A stretch of 59,916 nucleotides of DNA, from contig DATBBL010000273.1 in assembly GCA_036271015.1 (NCBI GenBank), positions 1 to 59,916 of the forward strand, in the 5' to 3' direction. Position 1 is the first letter of the stretch, and every line of letters starts with the position of its first letter. Positions 1 through 8,414 of this stretch are shown in pieces. The notes beneath the pieces were generated by a model. The model worked only from the letters and a program-made list of their open reading frames with translations. It was not told where the DNA came from and made no database searches. Both the position numbers and the translations under genes were made by a program. The stretch is from Acidimicrobiia bacterium. GTDB taxonomy: Bacteria; Actinomycetota; Acidimicrobiia; IMCC26256; DASPTH01.

Positions 1-1
1 C

Positions 2-175
2 GCCGAAGCCTGCACCGGTCACGGTCGCTGCTACGTGCTCGCCCCCGAGGTGTTCGAGCCCGACGACGAAGGCCACAGCGTCGGACTCTTCGAGGACGTG
101 CCGCCCGAACTGCTCGACAAGGCGCAGCTGGCCGTCGCCAACTGCCCCGAGAGCGCGATCACGCTCGTCGACTGA
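2..175 (+). CDS. Ferredoxin (small 3Fe-4S/P450-partner type), C-terminal fragment; 5' end lies outside the window
   Basis: Frame-2 translation AEACTGHGRCYVLAPEVFEPDDEGHSVGLFEDVPPELLDKAQLAVANCPESAITLVD* ending at TGA 173-175. It shows the C-x2-G-x-G-x-C ... CP cysteine pattern of small actinobacterial ferredoxins. Confidence 0.75.
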   Translation, partial: AEACTGHGRCYVLAPEVFEPDDEGHSVGLFEDVPPELLDKAQLAVANCPESAITLVD

Positions 176-255
176 CACCGTCGTCGACGGACATCTCGTC
201 CAATCGCCGCTGGTTCGCACTTGGACCGGACGAGGCAGTTCGGTAACGTCCGGCA

Positions 256-1686
256 GTGGTCGACACGCTCGTCGAGGAGGTCGATCGGAGTCCCGACGGC
301 CCCACCACCGGGGCGTTCTTCGACTTCGACGGGACCCTGATCTACGGCTTCTCGGCGATCGCGCTTCAGGTGGCCCGCTTGCGCCGACGCGACATCTCGC
401 CCCAGGAGCTGGCGCACTCCCTGCTCACGGGGGTCGGCCTCGTTCTCGGCCAGGCTGACTACGACGCCGTCGTCTCCATCCTCGGGCGGTCGTGGCGCGG
501 ACGCGAGGTCGACGAGATCGACGCGCTCGGCCGGCGCCTGTTCAAGCAGAAGCTCGCCGGCCGCGTCTATCCCGAAGCGCGCGCCCTCGTCGCCGCCCAC
601 CTCCGCAAGCGCCACACCGTGGTGCTCGCGTCGTCCGCGCTCTCGTTCCAGGTCGAGGCGGTGGCGGCCGATCTCGACATCGAGCACGTGCTGTGCACCC
701 GGTTCGAGGTCGTCGACGGCCGGCTCACCGGGAGGCTGGCGGGTCCGCACCTCTGGGGCGTGGGGAAGCGCCGGGCGGTCGAGCAACTCGCGGGTGCGCA
801 GGGCATCGACCTGGCGCAGAGCTTCGCGTATGCCGACGGCAGCGAGGACGTCGAGCTGCTCGAGTTGGTCGGCAACCCGCGTGCGACCAACCCGACGCGT
901 GGGCTGGAGCGAAAGGCACGCGAGCGGGGCTGGCCCGTGCACCGGTTCGTCGGGCGCGGCGGCGCCACCCCGGAGCTGGCGGTGCGCCACGTCGCCGCGA
1001 TCGGGGGCTTCCTCACCGCCACCGCCACCGGGATCGGGATCGGGCTGCTCAACCGCCGGAAGGCCGACGCGGTCAACACCATGGTGTCGGTGGGGAGTGA
1101 CGTCTCCCTCGGGCTCGCGGGCATCCACCTCGCCGTGACCGGCGAGGAGCACGTGTGGTCGCACCGCCCGGCGGTGTTCCTCTTCAACCACCAGAGCTCC
1201 GTCGATCCCCTCCTGCTGATGGCGCTGCTTCGGCGCGACGTCACTGCGGTCGCCAAGAAGGAGCTCGCCGCCAACCCGATCGTGCGGCTGGCCGGCGCGC
1301 TGGCCGACGCGGTGTTCATCGACCGTGACGACCGGTCGGGGGCGATCGCCGCGCTGCGCCCACTGGTCGAGGAGGCGCTCGTACGCGGGAAGTCCCTCGC
1401 TATGGCGCCCGAAGGGACCCGGTCGGGCACGGGCCGGCTGGGACCGTTCAAGAAGGGGGCGTTCCGGATCGCCATGGCGGGAGGCGTGCCCGTGGTGCCC
1501 ATCGTGTTCCGCAACGCCAACGACGTGTGGCCGCTGGGCACGCAATTCATGCGCCCGGGCACGGTCGACGTCGTCGTGCACCCGCCGATCCCGACCGACG
1601 ACTGGACCGACGACGACCTCGACCAGCGCATCGCCGAGGTGCGCCGCCTCTACCTCGACACGCTCGCCGACTGGCCCGCGCGGTGA
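256..1686 (+). CDS. Bifunctional HAD-IB hydrolase / lysophospholipid (1-acyl-glycerol-3-phosphate) acyltransferase fusion
   Basis: 476-aa ORF with GTG start. N-terminal half has HAD motif I FFDFDGTL and motif IV ADGSEDVELL. A hydrophobic segment (AAIGGFLTATATGIGIGLL) follows. C-terminal half has LPLAT motifs FNHQSSVDP (HX4D) and MAPEGTRS. Confidence 0.85.
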   Translation: MVDTLVEEVDRSPDGPTTGAFFDFDGTLIYGFSAIALQVARLRRRDISPQELAHSLLTGVGLVLGQADYDAVVSILGRSWRGREVDEIDALGRRLFKQKLAGRVYPEARALVAAHLRKRHTVVLASSALSFQVEAVAADLDIEHVLCTRFEVVDGRLTGRLAGPHLWGVGKRRAVEQLAGAQGIDLAQSFAYADGSEDVELLELVGNPRATNPTRGLERKARERGWPVHRFVGRGGATPELAVRHVAAIGGFLTATATGIGIGLLNRRKADAVNTMVSVGSDVSLGLAGIHLAVTGEEHVWSHRPAVFLFNHQSSVDPLLLMALLRRDVTAVAKKELAANPIVRLAGALADAVFIDRDDRSGAIAALRPLVEEALVRGKSLAMAPEGTRSGTGRLGPFKKGAFRIAMAGGVPVVPIVFRNANDVWPLGTQFMRPGTVDVVVHPPIPTDDWTDDDLDQRIAEVRRLYLDTLADWPAR

Positions 1687-3410
1687 ACGCCGCCCAGGTC
1701 CGCACGGAGATCCTCGGCCGGCCCGCGGTGCAGGCGCAGGTCGGCGAGATCGCGGCCGCCGGGAGCCGGACCGACGCCGACGTCGCCGCGGAGTTCGATG
1801 CCGACCTGCGCGAGATGGTGGCGACGCACGGGGGACCGGCCGGCGACGTCTTCCTGCACATCGCGCGCCTGTTCGACCGCACCGGGTACCGCCACCGCAT
1901 CCGTTGCGACGAGTCGTCCCTGGCCCGGCTGCAGGACCTCAACCGGCGTTATCCGCTCGCGCTGCTCCCCAGCCATCGCTCGTACATCGACCCGGTGGTG
2001 CTGGCCTCGGTGCTGCAGCGCGCCGAGATCCCGCCGACCTACAAGCTCGGCGGGATCAACGTGGCGTTCTGGCCGATGGGCCCGATGGGACGCCGGGCCG
2101 GGCTCATCTTCATCCGGCGCAGCTTCCGCGACGATCCCGTCTACAAGCTCGCGCTGCGGGAGTACGTCGGCTGGCTGGCGGAGCACCGTCAGAACCTGGA
2201 GTGGTACATCGAGGGCGGCCGCACGCGCACCGGGAAGCTCCGCGACCCGCAGCTGGGCCTGCTCGCCTACCTCGTCGACGCGGTCCACGACGACCGCTGC
2301 GACGACTTCCTCCTGCAACCGGTGTCGATCGTCTACGACGAGCTGCTCGACGTCGAGGAGCACGCCCGCTCGGCCACCGGTGCGGCGAAGGCGCCGGAGT
2401 CGCTCGGCCGCCTGGTCAGCTACGCACGAGCGCAGCGCACCCGCTACTCGCGCGGCGACATCCACGTCTCGTTCGGCGATCCGATCTCGGTGCGCGACCA
2501 CCTGACCCGCGAGCTCGAGGCCGCCGCCCTCGCCGGCGACACCGAGGCGGTGCCACTCCAGAAGCTCGCGTTCGAGGTCGCGGTCCGGATCAACACGGTC
2601 ACGCCGATCACGCCGCCGGCGCTCATCACGATGGCGTTGCTCTGGGCCGACCGCGCGCTCTCGCTCGACCAGCTGCTGGCCCTGCTCGAACGCTACGCGG
2701 CCGACGTCGACGAACGGCAGCTCCCGATCACCGCGAGACCGCTCGCGACGCGCCAGACCCTGCTCGGCGGGCTCGCGTCGTTGCAGCGCCATGGAGTCGT
2801 CACGCGGTTCGACGGCGGTAGCGAGCCCGTGTACTTCATCGAGCCGGAGCAGCGGATCGCCGCGTCGTACTACCGCAACGGCATCCTGCACTTCTTCCTC
2901 CTGTCCGCCATCGTCGACCTCTCGGAGGGCATCGACCTGCACGAGGACGCGCTCCGGCTGCGCGACCTCCTGAAGTTCGAATTCTTCTTCGCCGAGAAGG
3001 GCGAGTTCCTCGCCGAGGTCGACGCGGAGGCGGCGCGAGCGGAACGCCCCGTCACCGGCCCGTTCCTCCGCCCGTTCCTGGAGGCGTACTGGGTGACCGC
3101 CGAGGCGCTCCGCGCCTGCGCCGGTAAACCGGTGACGGACCCCGCGGAGCTCCTACGAGCGGCGAGCGGCTTGGGGGAGCAGTACCTGCTCCAGCACCGC
3201 ATCTACTGCGCCGACGCGGTCTCGACGTCGTACGCCGACGGGGCGATCCGGTTGGCCGATCACCGCGGTCTCCTCGCGCCCGAGTCCCCCGTCGACCTCG
3301 CCGAGCGACGCGCCGAGTTCGCCGACGAGCTGCACGAACTGGTCCGGCGCGCCCGCACGACGCAGGCGCGCGCCGCGGCGCGGTTCCTCCAGGTGATGCG
3401 AGGACACTGA
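1683..3410 (+). CDS. Glycerol-3-phosphate acyltransferase-like protein (PlsB/GPAT family)
   Basis: Start taken at GTG 1683, which overlaps the upstream stop (GTGA), inside ORF 1527..3410. GPAT motifs present: PSHRSYIDP (HX4D), IFIRRSF, YIEGGRTRTGK. Confidence 0.8.
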   Translation: MNAAQVRTEILGRPAVQAQVGEIAAAGSRTDADVAAEFDADLREMVATHGGPAGDVFLHIARLFDRTGYRHRIRCDESSLARLQDLNRRYPLALLPSHRSYIDPVVLASVLQRAEIPPTYKLGGINVAFWPMGPMGRRAGLIFIRRSFRDDPVYKLALREYVGWLAEHRQNLEWYIEGGRTRTGKLRDPQLGLLAYLVDAVHDDRCDDFLLQPVSIVYDELLDVEEHARSATGAAKAPESLGRLVSYARAQRTRYSRGDIHVSFGDPISVRDHLTRELEAAALAGDTEAVPLQKLAFEVAVRINTVTPITPPALITMALLWADRALSLDQLLALLERYAADVDERQLPITARPLATRQTLLGGLASLQRHGVVTRFDGGSEPVYFIEPEQRIAASYYRNGILHFFLLSAIVDLSEGIDLHEDALRLRDLLKFEFFFAEKGEFLAEVDAEAARAERPVTGPFLRPFLEAYWVTAEALRACAGKPVTDPAELLRAASGLGEQYLLQHRIYCADAVSTSYADGAIRLADHRGLLAPESPVDLAERRAEFADELHELVRRARTTQARAAARFLQVMRGH

Positions 3411-3445
3411 GGTCCGAGATCCGGGGCACCGTGTAGAACAGCCCC

Positions 3446-3913
3446 ATGGACTCCGCGCCGAAGCACGCCGCCCTCGACGACGAACAACTGGTCGAGCTGT
3501 TCCACGCGTACGCGCTCGACCACGACAACAAGGCGGTCTTCCGGGCCCGACTCGACCACGAGCTGCGGGTGAATCGCTGCGGCGACTGCGGGACCTGGCA
3601 CGAGCCACCGAAGCCCCGGTGCCCGGAGTGCTGGTCGACGAACGTCGTGCCCACCCCGGTCAGCGGACGGGGCACGATCTTCATGGCCATCTTCCTGCAC
3701 CAGGGTCCGCCCGCGCCCGGTGTCGACTACGCCACGCCGTATCCCGTCGTCACCGTCGAGTTGGAGGAGCAGCCCGGGCTCCGCTTCACCAGCACCGTCG
3801 TCGGCGCCGCGAACGACGACATCGTCATCGGCACCCCGGTCACCCTCGACTGGCTCGACCGCGAGGGCGTTCCGGTCCCGGCGTTCCGGCTCGCGACCGG
3901 AGCCGGCGCGTGA
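3446..3913 (+). CDS. DUF35 family Zn-ribbon/OB-fold protein (thiolase/aldolase partner subunit)
   Basis: 155 aa. Four-Cys ribbon CGDCGTW-x9-CPEC followed by an OB-like region (GRGTIFMAIFLH..., VVTVELEE). Its stop overlaps the start of the thiolase-like gene. Confidence 0.85.
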   Translation: MDSAPKHAALDDEQLVELFHAYALDHDNKAVFRARLDHELRVNRCGDCGTWHEPPKPRCPECWSTNVVPTPVSGRGTIFMAIFLHQGPPAPGVDYATPYPVVTVELEEQPGLRFTSTVVGAANDDIVIGTPVTLDWLDREGVPVPAFRLATGAGA

Positions 3914-5082
3914 TCTCGGGACGCAATCCGGCCAAGGACCGCGTGGCGATCGCGAATGCGGCAACCACGGGCTTCTCGCGCGACGGCGGCGAGGTGAGCG
4001 CGGCGTCGCTCGCGCTCGACGCGTGCGTCCTAGTGCTGCGCGACACCGGCCTCAGCGCGGCCGACGTCGACGGCATCGTCGGGTCCACCCCCTCCGCCGC
4101 GTACGTGCAATCGGCGCTCGGCATCCCGGAGATCACGTGGTTCGCCAACCCGCAGATCCCTTTCGTGAACCAGCTGGTCGCGGCGGTGGGCGCGGTGTAC
4201 AGCGGACACTGCGACGTCGTGCTCGGGTACCACGCGCTGTTCCGGGGCCCGATGTTCTCACGCTCGGCCGCACGCGACCCCTTCCGTCGCCGCGGCGGGT
4301 TCGGCGCCGGGTCCGCGTCGGCGCCCCCCGAGTCCATCGCCGGCGCGGTCGGCTACACCGCGTGGGCGTCGCGGTACCTGCACGAGTTCGGCGTGGGACG
4401 GGAGGCGCTCGGCCGGGTGGCCATCAACGCGCGCACGAACGCCATGCGCAACCCGGCCGCGGCGATGCGCGACCCGCTGACCATGGACGACTACCTGCAC
4501 GCGCGGATGATCCGCTGGCCCTTGTGCCTGCTCGACATGGACGTTCCCGTCGACGGCGCGGACGCGTTCGTCATCACCACCGCGGAGCGGGCCCGCGACC
4601 TCCCGCACCGGCCGGTGCTGGTGCACGCGGCGACGCTCGGGCAGATCGCCAAGAACGAAGAAGACCAGACTCCGAGCCTGCGCCAGCACGGTCAGCAGGT
4701 GGTCGTGGAGTCGCTGCGGGCCAAAAGCGACTTCTGGATCGACGACTGCGACGTCTACTTCCCCTACGACGGCTTCACCATCATCACGCTGAACTGGTTC
4801 GAGAACGCCGGGTTCTGCGGGCCGGGTGAGGCCGGTGCGTTCCTCGCCGAGCACTGGGACGACAGCACGAACCGCGTGCTCATCGACGGCCGCATCCCGG
4901 TGAACCCGCACGGCGGCGCGCTGTCCGAAGGGGGCACGCAGGGCTCGGGCCACCTCCGGGAGGCGGTCCACCAGCTGCAGGGACGGGCCGGCGACCGGCA
5001 GGTGGCAGACGCCGAACGGGCCATCGTCACCGCCGGCGGCTTCTTCTTCAACGCGCAGGGTTGCACCCTGCGCGTCGACTGA
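3910..5082 (+). CDS. Thiolase-fold protein, SCP-x/Ltp type, apparently lacking the nucleophilic cysteine
   Basis: GTG 3910 overlaps the upstream TGA (GTGA), in frame with ORF 3619..5082. Thiolase-like layout: VAIANAATTGFSR ... SGHCDVVLGYH ... VNPHGGALSEGG. By eye alignment, the segment where Cys-x-S/T-G is expected reads NPQIPFVNQLVAAVGAVYSG. Confidence 0.8.
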   Translation: MISGRNPAKDRVAIANAATTGFSRDGGEVSAASLALDACVLVLRDTGLSAADVDGIVGSTPSAAYVQSALGIPEITWFANPQIPFVNQLVAAVGAVYSGHCDVVLGYHALFRGPMFSRSAARDPFRRRGGFGAGSASAPPESIAGAVGYTAWASRYLHEFGVGREALGRVAINARTNAMRNPAAAMRDPLTMDDYLHARMIRWPLCLLDMDVPVDGADAFVITTAERARDLPHRPVLVHAATLGQIAKNEEDQTPSLRQHGQQVVVESLRAKSDFWIDDCDVYFPYDGFTIITLNWFENAGFCGPGEAGAFLAEHWDDSTNRVLIDGRIPVNPHGGALSEGGTQGSGHLREAVHQLQGRAGDRQVADAERAIVTAGGFFFNAQGCTLRVD

Positions 5083-5093
5083 ACGGATCAAAC

Positions 5094-5882
5094 ATGGACG
5101 ACGCAGCGCACGCGCTCATCACGGAAGGCGACGGCGTGATCACCGTCACGCTGAACCGACCCGAGAAGCTGAACCCGATCAGTCCGCAGGTCACCGAAAC
5201 GCTGTGGGAGGCCGTGGGCGCGCTGGGGAGCCGCGACGACCTGCGCGTCATGGTGATCACCGGGACCGGCCGGTACTTCAGCTCCGGACTCGACCTGAAG
5301 CTCCGCCACGGGGACCGGATCCCCGGCCCCGACGCCCCGGGGTACGCGTGGCGCCGCGGGTACCGCTCGCACCACCTGCTCTACGACGAGATGGAGAGCA
5401 TCGAGAAGCCGATCATCGTGGCCGCAAACGGTCCGTGCCTCGGCGCGGGTACCGAGATGGCGGTCTCCTGCGACTTCCGCTTCTGCACGCCGGAGACGCA
5501 CTGGGGGCTCCCGGAGACGCGCAGCGAGGGCGCGATCCCGGGGAGTGGCGGGGTGAGCCGGCTCACACGTCTCGTCGGGACCCACTGGGCGAAGTGGATG
5601 GCGCTGGCGGCGCGGAACGTGTCAGCCGACGACGCCCGGATGATGGGACTCGTGCACGAGATCCACCCGGGCGACGAACTCATGCCACGGGTCTACGCGT
5701 TCGCGGCCGAGCTGGCGAACATCGACGCCGAGACCGTCGCGCTGGCGAAACTCGTGATCGACGCGTCGGATCCGCAGGACCGCGAGAAGGTGCGCCAGCT
5801 GGAGCGGGTGGCGAACACGCCGCTCGTGCACATGGGCGTCGGTCGGCCGGCCCGCGACCACGTGCCGCCCGGGCGGAAGTAG
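5094..5882 (+). CDS. Enoyl-CoA hydratase/isomerase (crotonase) family protein
   Basis: ATG 5094 inside ORF 5061..5882. Motifs VITVTLNRPEKLN, GTGRYFSSGLDL, AANGPCLGAGTEMA. Confidence 0.85.
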   Translation: MDDAAHALITEGDGVITVTLNRPEKLNPISPQVTETLWEAVGALGSRDDLRVMVITGTGRYFSSGLDLKLRHGDRIPGPDAPGYAWRRGYRSHHLLYDEMESIEKPIIVAANGPCLGAGTEMAVSCDFRFCTPETHWGLPETRSEGAIPGSGGVSRLTRLVGTHWAKWMALAARNVSADDARMMGLVHEIHPGDELMPRVYAFAAELANIDAETVALAKLVIDASDPQDREKVRQLERVANTPLVHMGVGRPARDHVPPGRK

Positions 5883-5892
5883 AGGCGACGCC

Positions 5893-7509
5893 GTGCCCGA
5901 GTGGGACCTGCGGGCGCCCGCGCCCGAGCTCGCCGACGCGTACCGCCGCGCCGGATGGTGGAACGACGACACGCTCGGCCGGCTCGTCGAGCGCGGGATG
6001 CGAGCGGCGCCTGCCGCGCCGGTCCGGATCTGGTCGAAGACACGCCCGTGGCGCGGGACGCTGGGTGACGTGCTCGACCTCTCCGCCCGGTTCGCCGGCG
6101 GCCTCCGCGCCCTGGGCGTGGGCCCTGGCGACATCGTGGCGGTGCAGGTCCCGAACTGGGTCGAGGGCGCCGCCACCTGGTTCGCGAGCAGCATGCTCGG
6201 CGCCGTGGTCGTCCCGATCGTGCACTACTACGGCACGCACGAGCTCTCGTACATCCTGCGCGAGTCACACGCGCGTGTCCTCGTGATCGCGGACCGGTTC
6301 GGCGCCGTGGACCACGTCGCGAACCTCGAGGCGGTGCGCCCCGACCTCGGTGCGCTCGAACACGTGGTGGTCGTCGGCGACGAGCTTCCCACCGGCGCGA
6401 CACGATTCCAGGATCTGCTCGACGGCGGCCGCGTCGACACGTCAGTGACGGTCGATCCTGCGAGTCCCGCACTCGTCGCGTACACCTCCGGAACCAGCGC
6501 CAACCCGAAGGGCGTCATCCAGTCGCACCGAGCGCTCGGCGCCGAGGTACGCACACACCTGCCGACGCTCATCCCCTCCGGTCGTCGCCCGGTGCTCCTC
6601 GGCGCACCGATCAGCCATGCCACCGGAATGCTGCTCGGGTTGCTGCTGCCTGCGTCGCGCGGCGAATCGATCCAGCTGATCGACGCGTGGGATCCCGCGC
6701 TCGTTCTCGACGCCATGCTGACCGACGACCTGTCCGCCGGGAGCGGCGCCACCGTCTTCCTGACCAGCCTCCTCGACCACCCGTCGTTCACCGACGACCA
6801 CCGCGCGCGTATGACGTCGGTCGTGCTCGGCGGCTCGTCGGTGCCGACCGCGATCGCGGCCGACGCCGAGGCCCGCGGCATCCGCGCCGTCCGGTCCTAC
6901 GGTCTGACCGAGATGCCGACCGTCACCGGCGCGGCACCCGACGAACCAGGTGCACGGCGCACGAGCACCGATGGTCACGGGCTCGCCGGGGTCGAGATCC
7001 GCATCGTCGGCGACGACGGCACCGAGGCCGCGCCCGGCGACGCCGGGGAGATCGTGACCCGCGGTCCCGATCTGTTCGCCGGGTACACCGACGATGCCCT
7101 CACCCACGAGTTCCTCGATCCCGACGGGTGGTTCGCCACCGGCGACATCGGGGTGCTCGAGGACGGCTGGCTCACCATCACCGACCGCAAGAAGGACATG
7201 ATCATCCGCAATGGCGTCAACATCTCCCCCGCCGAGGTCGAGAACGCGCTGCTCCGGTTGCCGGCGATCGCCGAGGTCGCGGTCGTCGGCCGACCCGACC
7301 CGCGGACCGGGGAACGCGCGGTGGCATTCCTGCGAATGCGAGCCGGTGAGGCGGAGCCCGATCTCGACGTTCTCCGTGCCCATCTCGAGACAGTCGGTCT
7401 GGGGCGCCCGAAGTGGCCGGAGGAAGTGCAACTCGTCGACGAATTCCCGCGCACCGCGGCGGGCAAGGTGAAGAAGTTCGAGCTTCGCGCCGAACTACGC
7501 GAACGATGA
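5893..7509 (+). CDS. AMP-dependent acyl-CoA synthetase/ligase
   Basis: 538 aa. Motifs YTSGTSANPKGV, SYGLTE, GWFATGDIG, DRKKDMIIRNGVNISPAEVE, GKVKK. Confidence 0.9.
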   Translation: MPEWDLRAPAPELADAYRRAGWWNDDTLGRLVERGMRAAPAAPVRIWSKTRPWRGTLGDVLDLSARFAGGLRALGVGPGDIVAVQVPNWVEGAATWFASSMLGAVVVPIVHYYGTHELSYILRESHARVLVIADRFGAVDHVANLEAVRPDLGALEHVVVVGDELPTGATRFQDLLDGGRVDTSVTVDPASPALVAYTSGTSANPKGVIQSHRALGAEVRTHLPTLIPSGRRPVLLGAPISHATGMLLGLLLPASRGESIQLIDAWDPALVLDAMLTDDLSAGSGATVFLTSLLDHPSFTDDHRARMTSVVLGGSSVPTAIAADAEARGIRAVRSYGLTEMPTVTGAAPDEPGARRTSTDGHGLAGVEIRIVGDDGTEAAPGDAGEIVTRGPDLFAGYTDDALTHEFLDPDGWFATGDIGVLEDGWLTITDRKKDMIIRNGVNISPAEVENALLRLPAIAEVAVVGRPDPRTGERAVAFLRMRAGEAEPDLDVLRAHLETVGLGRPKWPEEVQLVDEFPRTAAGKVKKFELRAELRER

Positions 7510-8414
7510 CGCTCGACGGCGCCTACCAGGGCTTTCACGTCGCGACGCACGGTCCCGGAATCGCGGTGATCACGTTCGACCAACCCGACCGTCTCAACGG
7601 GATCAGCCGCGGCATGAAGCGCGATCTCACCGAGATCATGACCCAGGCGCAACTCGACATCGACACGCGCGTCGTCGTGGTCACCGGTTCCGGTCGAGGG
7701 TTCTGCGCGGGTGACGACATCTTCAATCCGACCGAGAACGACCGCCATATCCCGACGCTGGTTCCCGAGCAGCTGCGCAACGTCCGGAACTCGCAAGTCG
7801 ATCAGTATGCGCTGCTCCGGACGTACTCGCAGGAGCTGATCCGGTCGATCCTGAACCTCGACAAGGTCACCATCGCGGCTGTCAACGGCGTGGCCATCCA
7901 GATGGGGTTGTCGATCGCCCTCGCGTGCGACTTCCGGATCGCGTCGACCGGCGCACGCCTCGGCAGCGCGACCCTCCGGTTCGGCTTCCTGCCCGATGAA
8001 GGTGGTCATTGGCTCCTGCTGCAGCATCTCGGCCTCGCACGGGCGGTCGAGTTCCTGATGCGGAAGCAGATCGTGGCGGCCGAGGAAGCGCTGGACCTCG
8101 GGCTGGTGTCCGAGGTCGTCGCCCCCGAGGAGCTGATGCCGGCGGCCATGCGCCTGGCCGAGGAAATGGCGAACGGCCCTCAGGTCGCGATGCGGATGCT
8201 CAAGCGGTCGTTGCACAACGCGAGCGCGCAGACGTTCGAGCAGGCCGGCGACGACATCGCGGCCAAGACCGCCGTGAGCGACCAGCATCCCGACACGTCG
8301 GAGGGCATGGCGGCGTATCGGGAACGACGCGAACCGCGGTTCAACCAATGGCTGGAGGATCCGATCGTGGATGGCGACGGCAACCCCGACTGGTTCGGAC
8401 CCTCCGAAGAATGA
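7506..8414 (+). CDS. Enoyl-CoA hydratase/isomerase family protein with C-terminal extension
   Basis: ATG 7506 overlaps the upstream stop (ATGA). Motifs VITFDQPDRLNG, GSGRGFCAGDD, AAVNGVAIQMGLSIALACD. Confidence 0.85.
   Translation: MTLDGAYQGFHVATHGPGIAVITFDQPDRLNGISRGMKRDLTEIMTQAQLDIDTRVVVVTGSGRGFCAGDDIFNPTENDRHIPTLVPEQLRNVRNSQVDQYALLRTYSQELIRSILNLDKVTIAAVNGVAIQMGLSIALACDFRIASTGARLGSATLRFGFLPDEGGHWLLLQHLGLARAVEFLMRKQIVAAEEALDLGLVSEVVAPEELMPAAMRLAEEMANGPQVAMRMLKRSLHNASAQTFEQAGDDIAAKTAVSDQHPDTSEGMAAYRERREPRFNQWLEDPIVDGDGNPDWFGPSEE

Noticed and set aside
3434-3439. TAGAAC hexamers in two intergenic regions (3434-3439 upstream of the DUF35 gene; 48496-48501 upstream of the D-aminoacylase-like gene), considered as possible KstR half-sites.
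   Set aside because: - Neither is followed by the complementary GTTCTA half (TnnAACnnGTTnnA is not satisfied).
- By rough base-frequency reasoning, a single hexamer is expected several times by chance in 60 kb.
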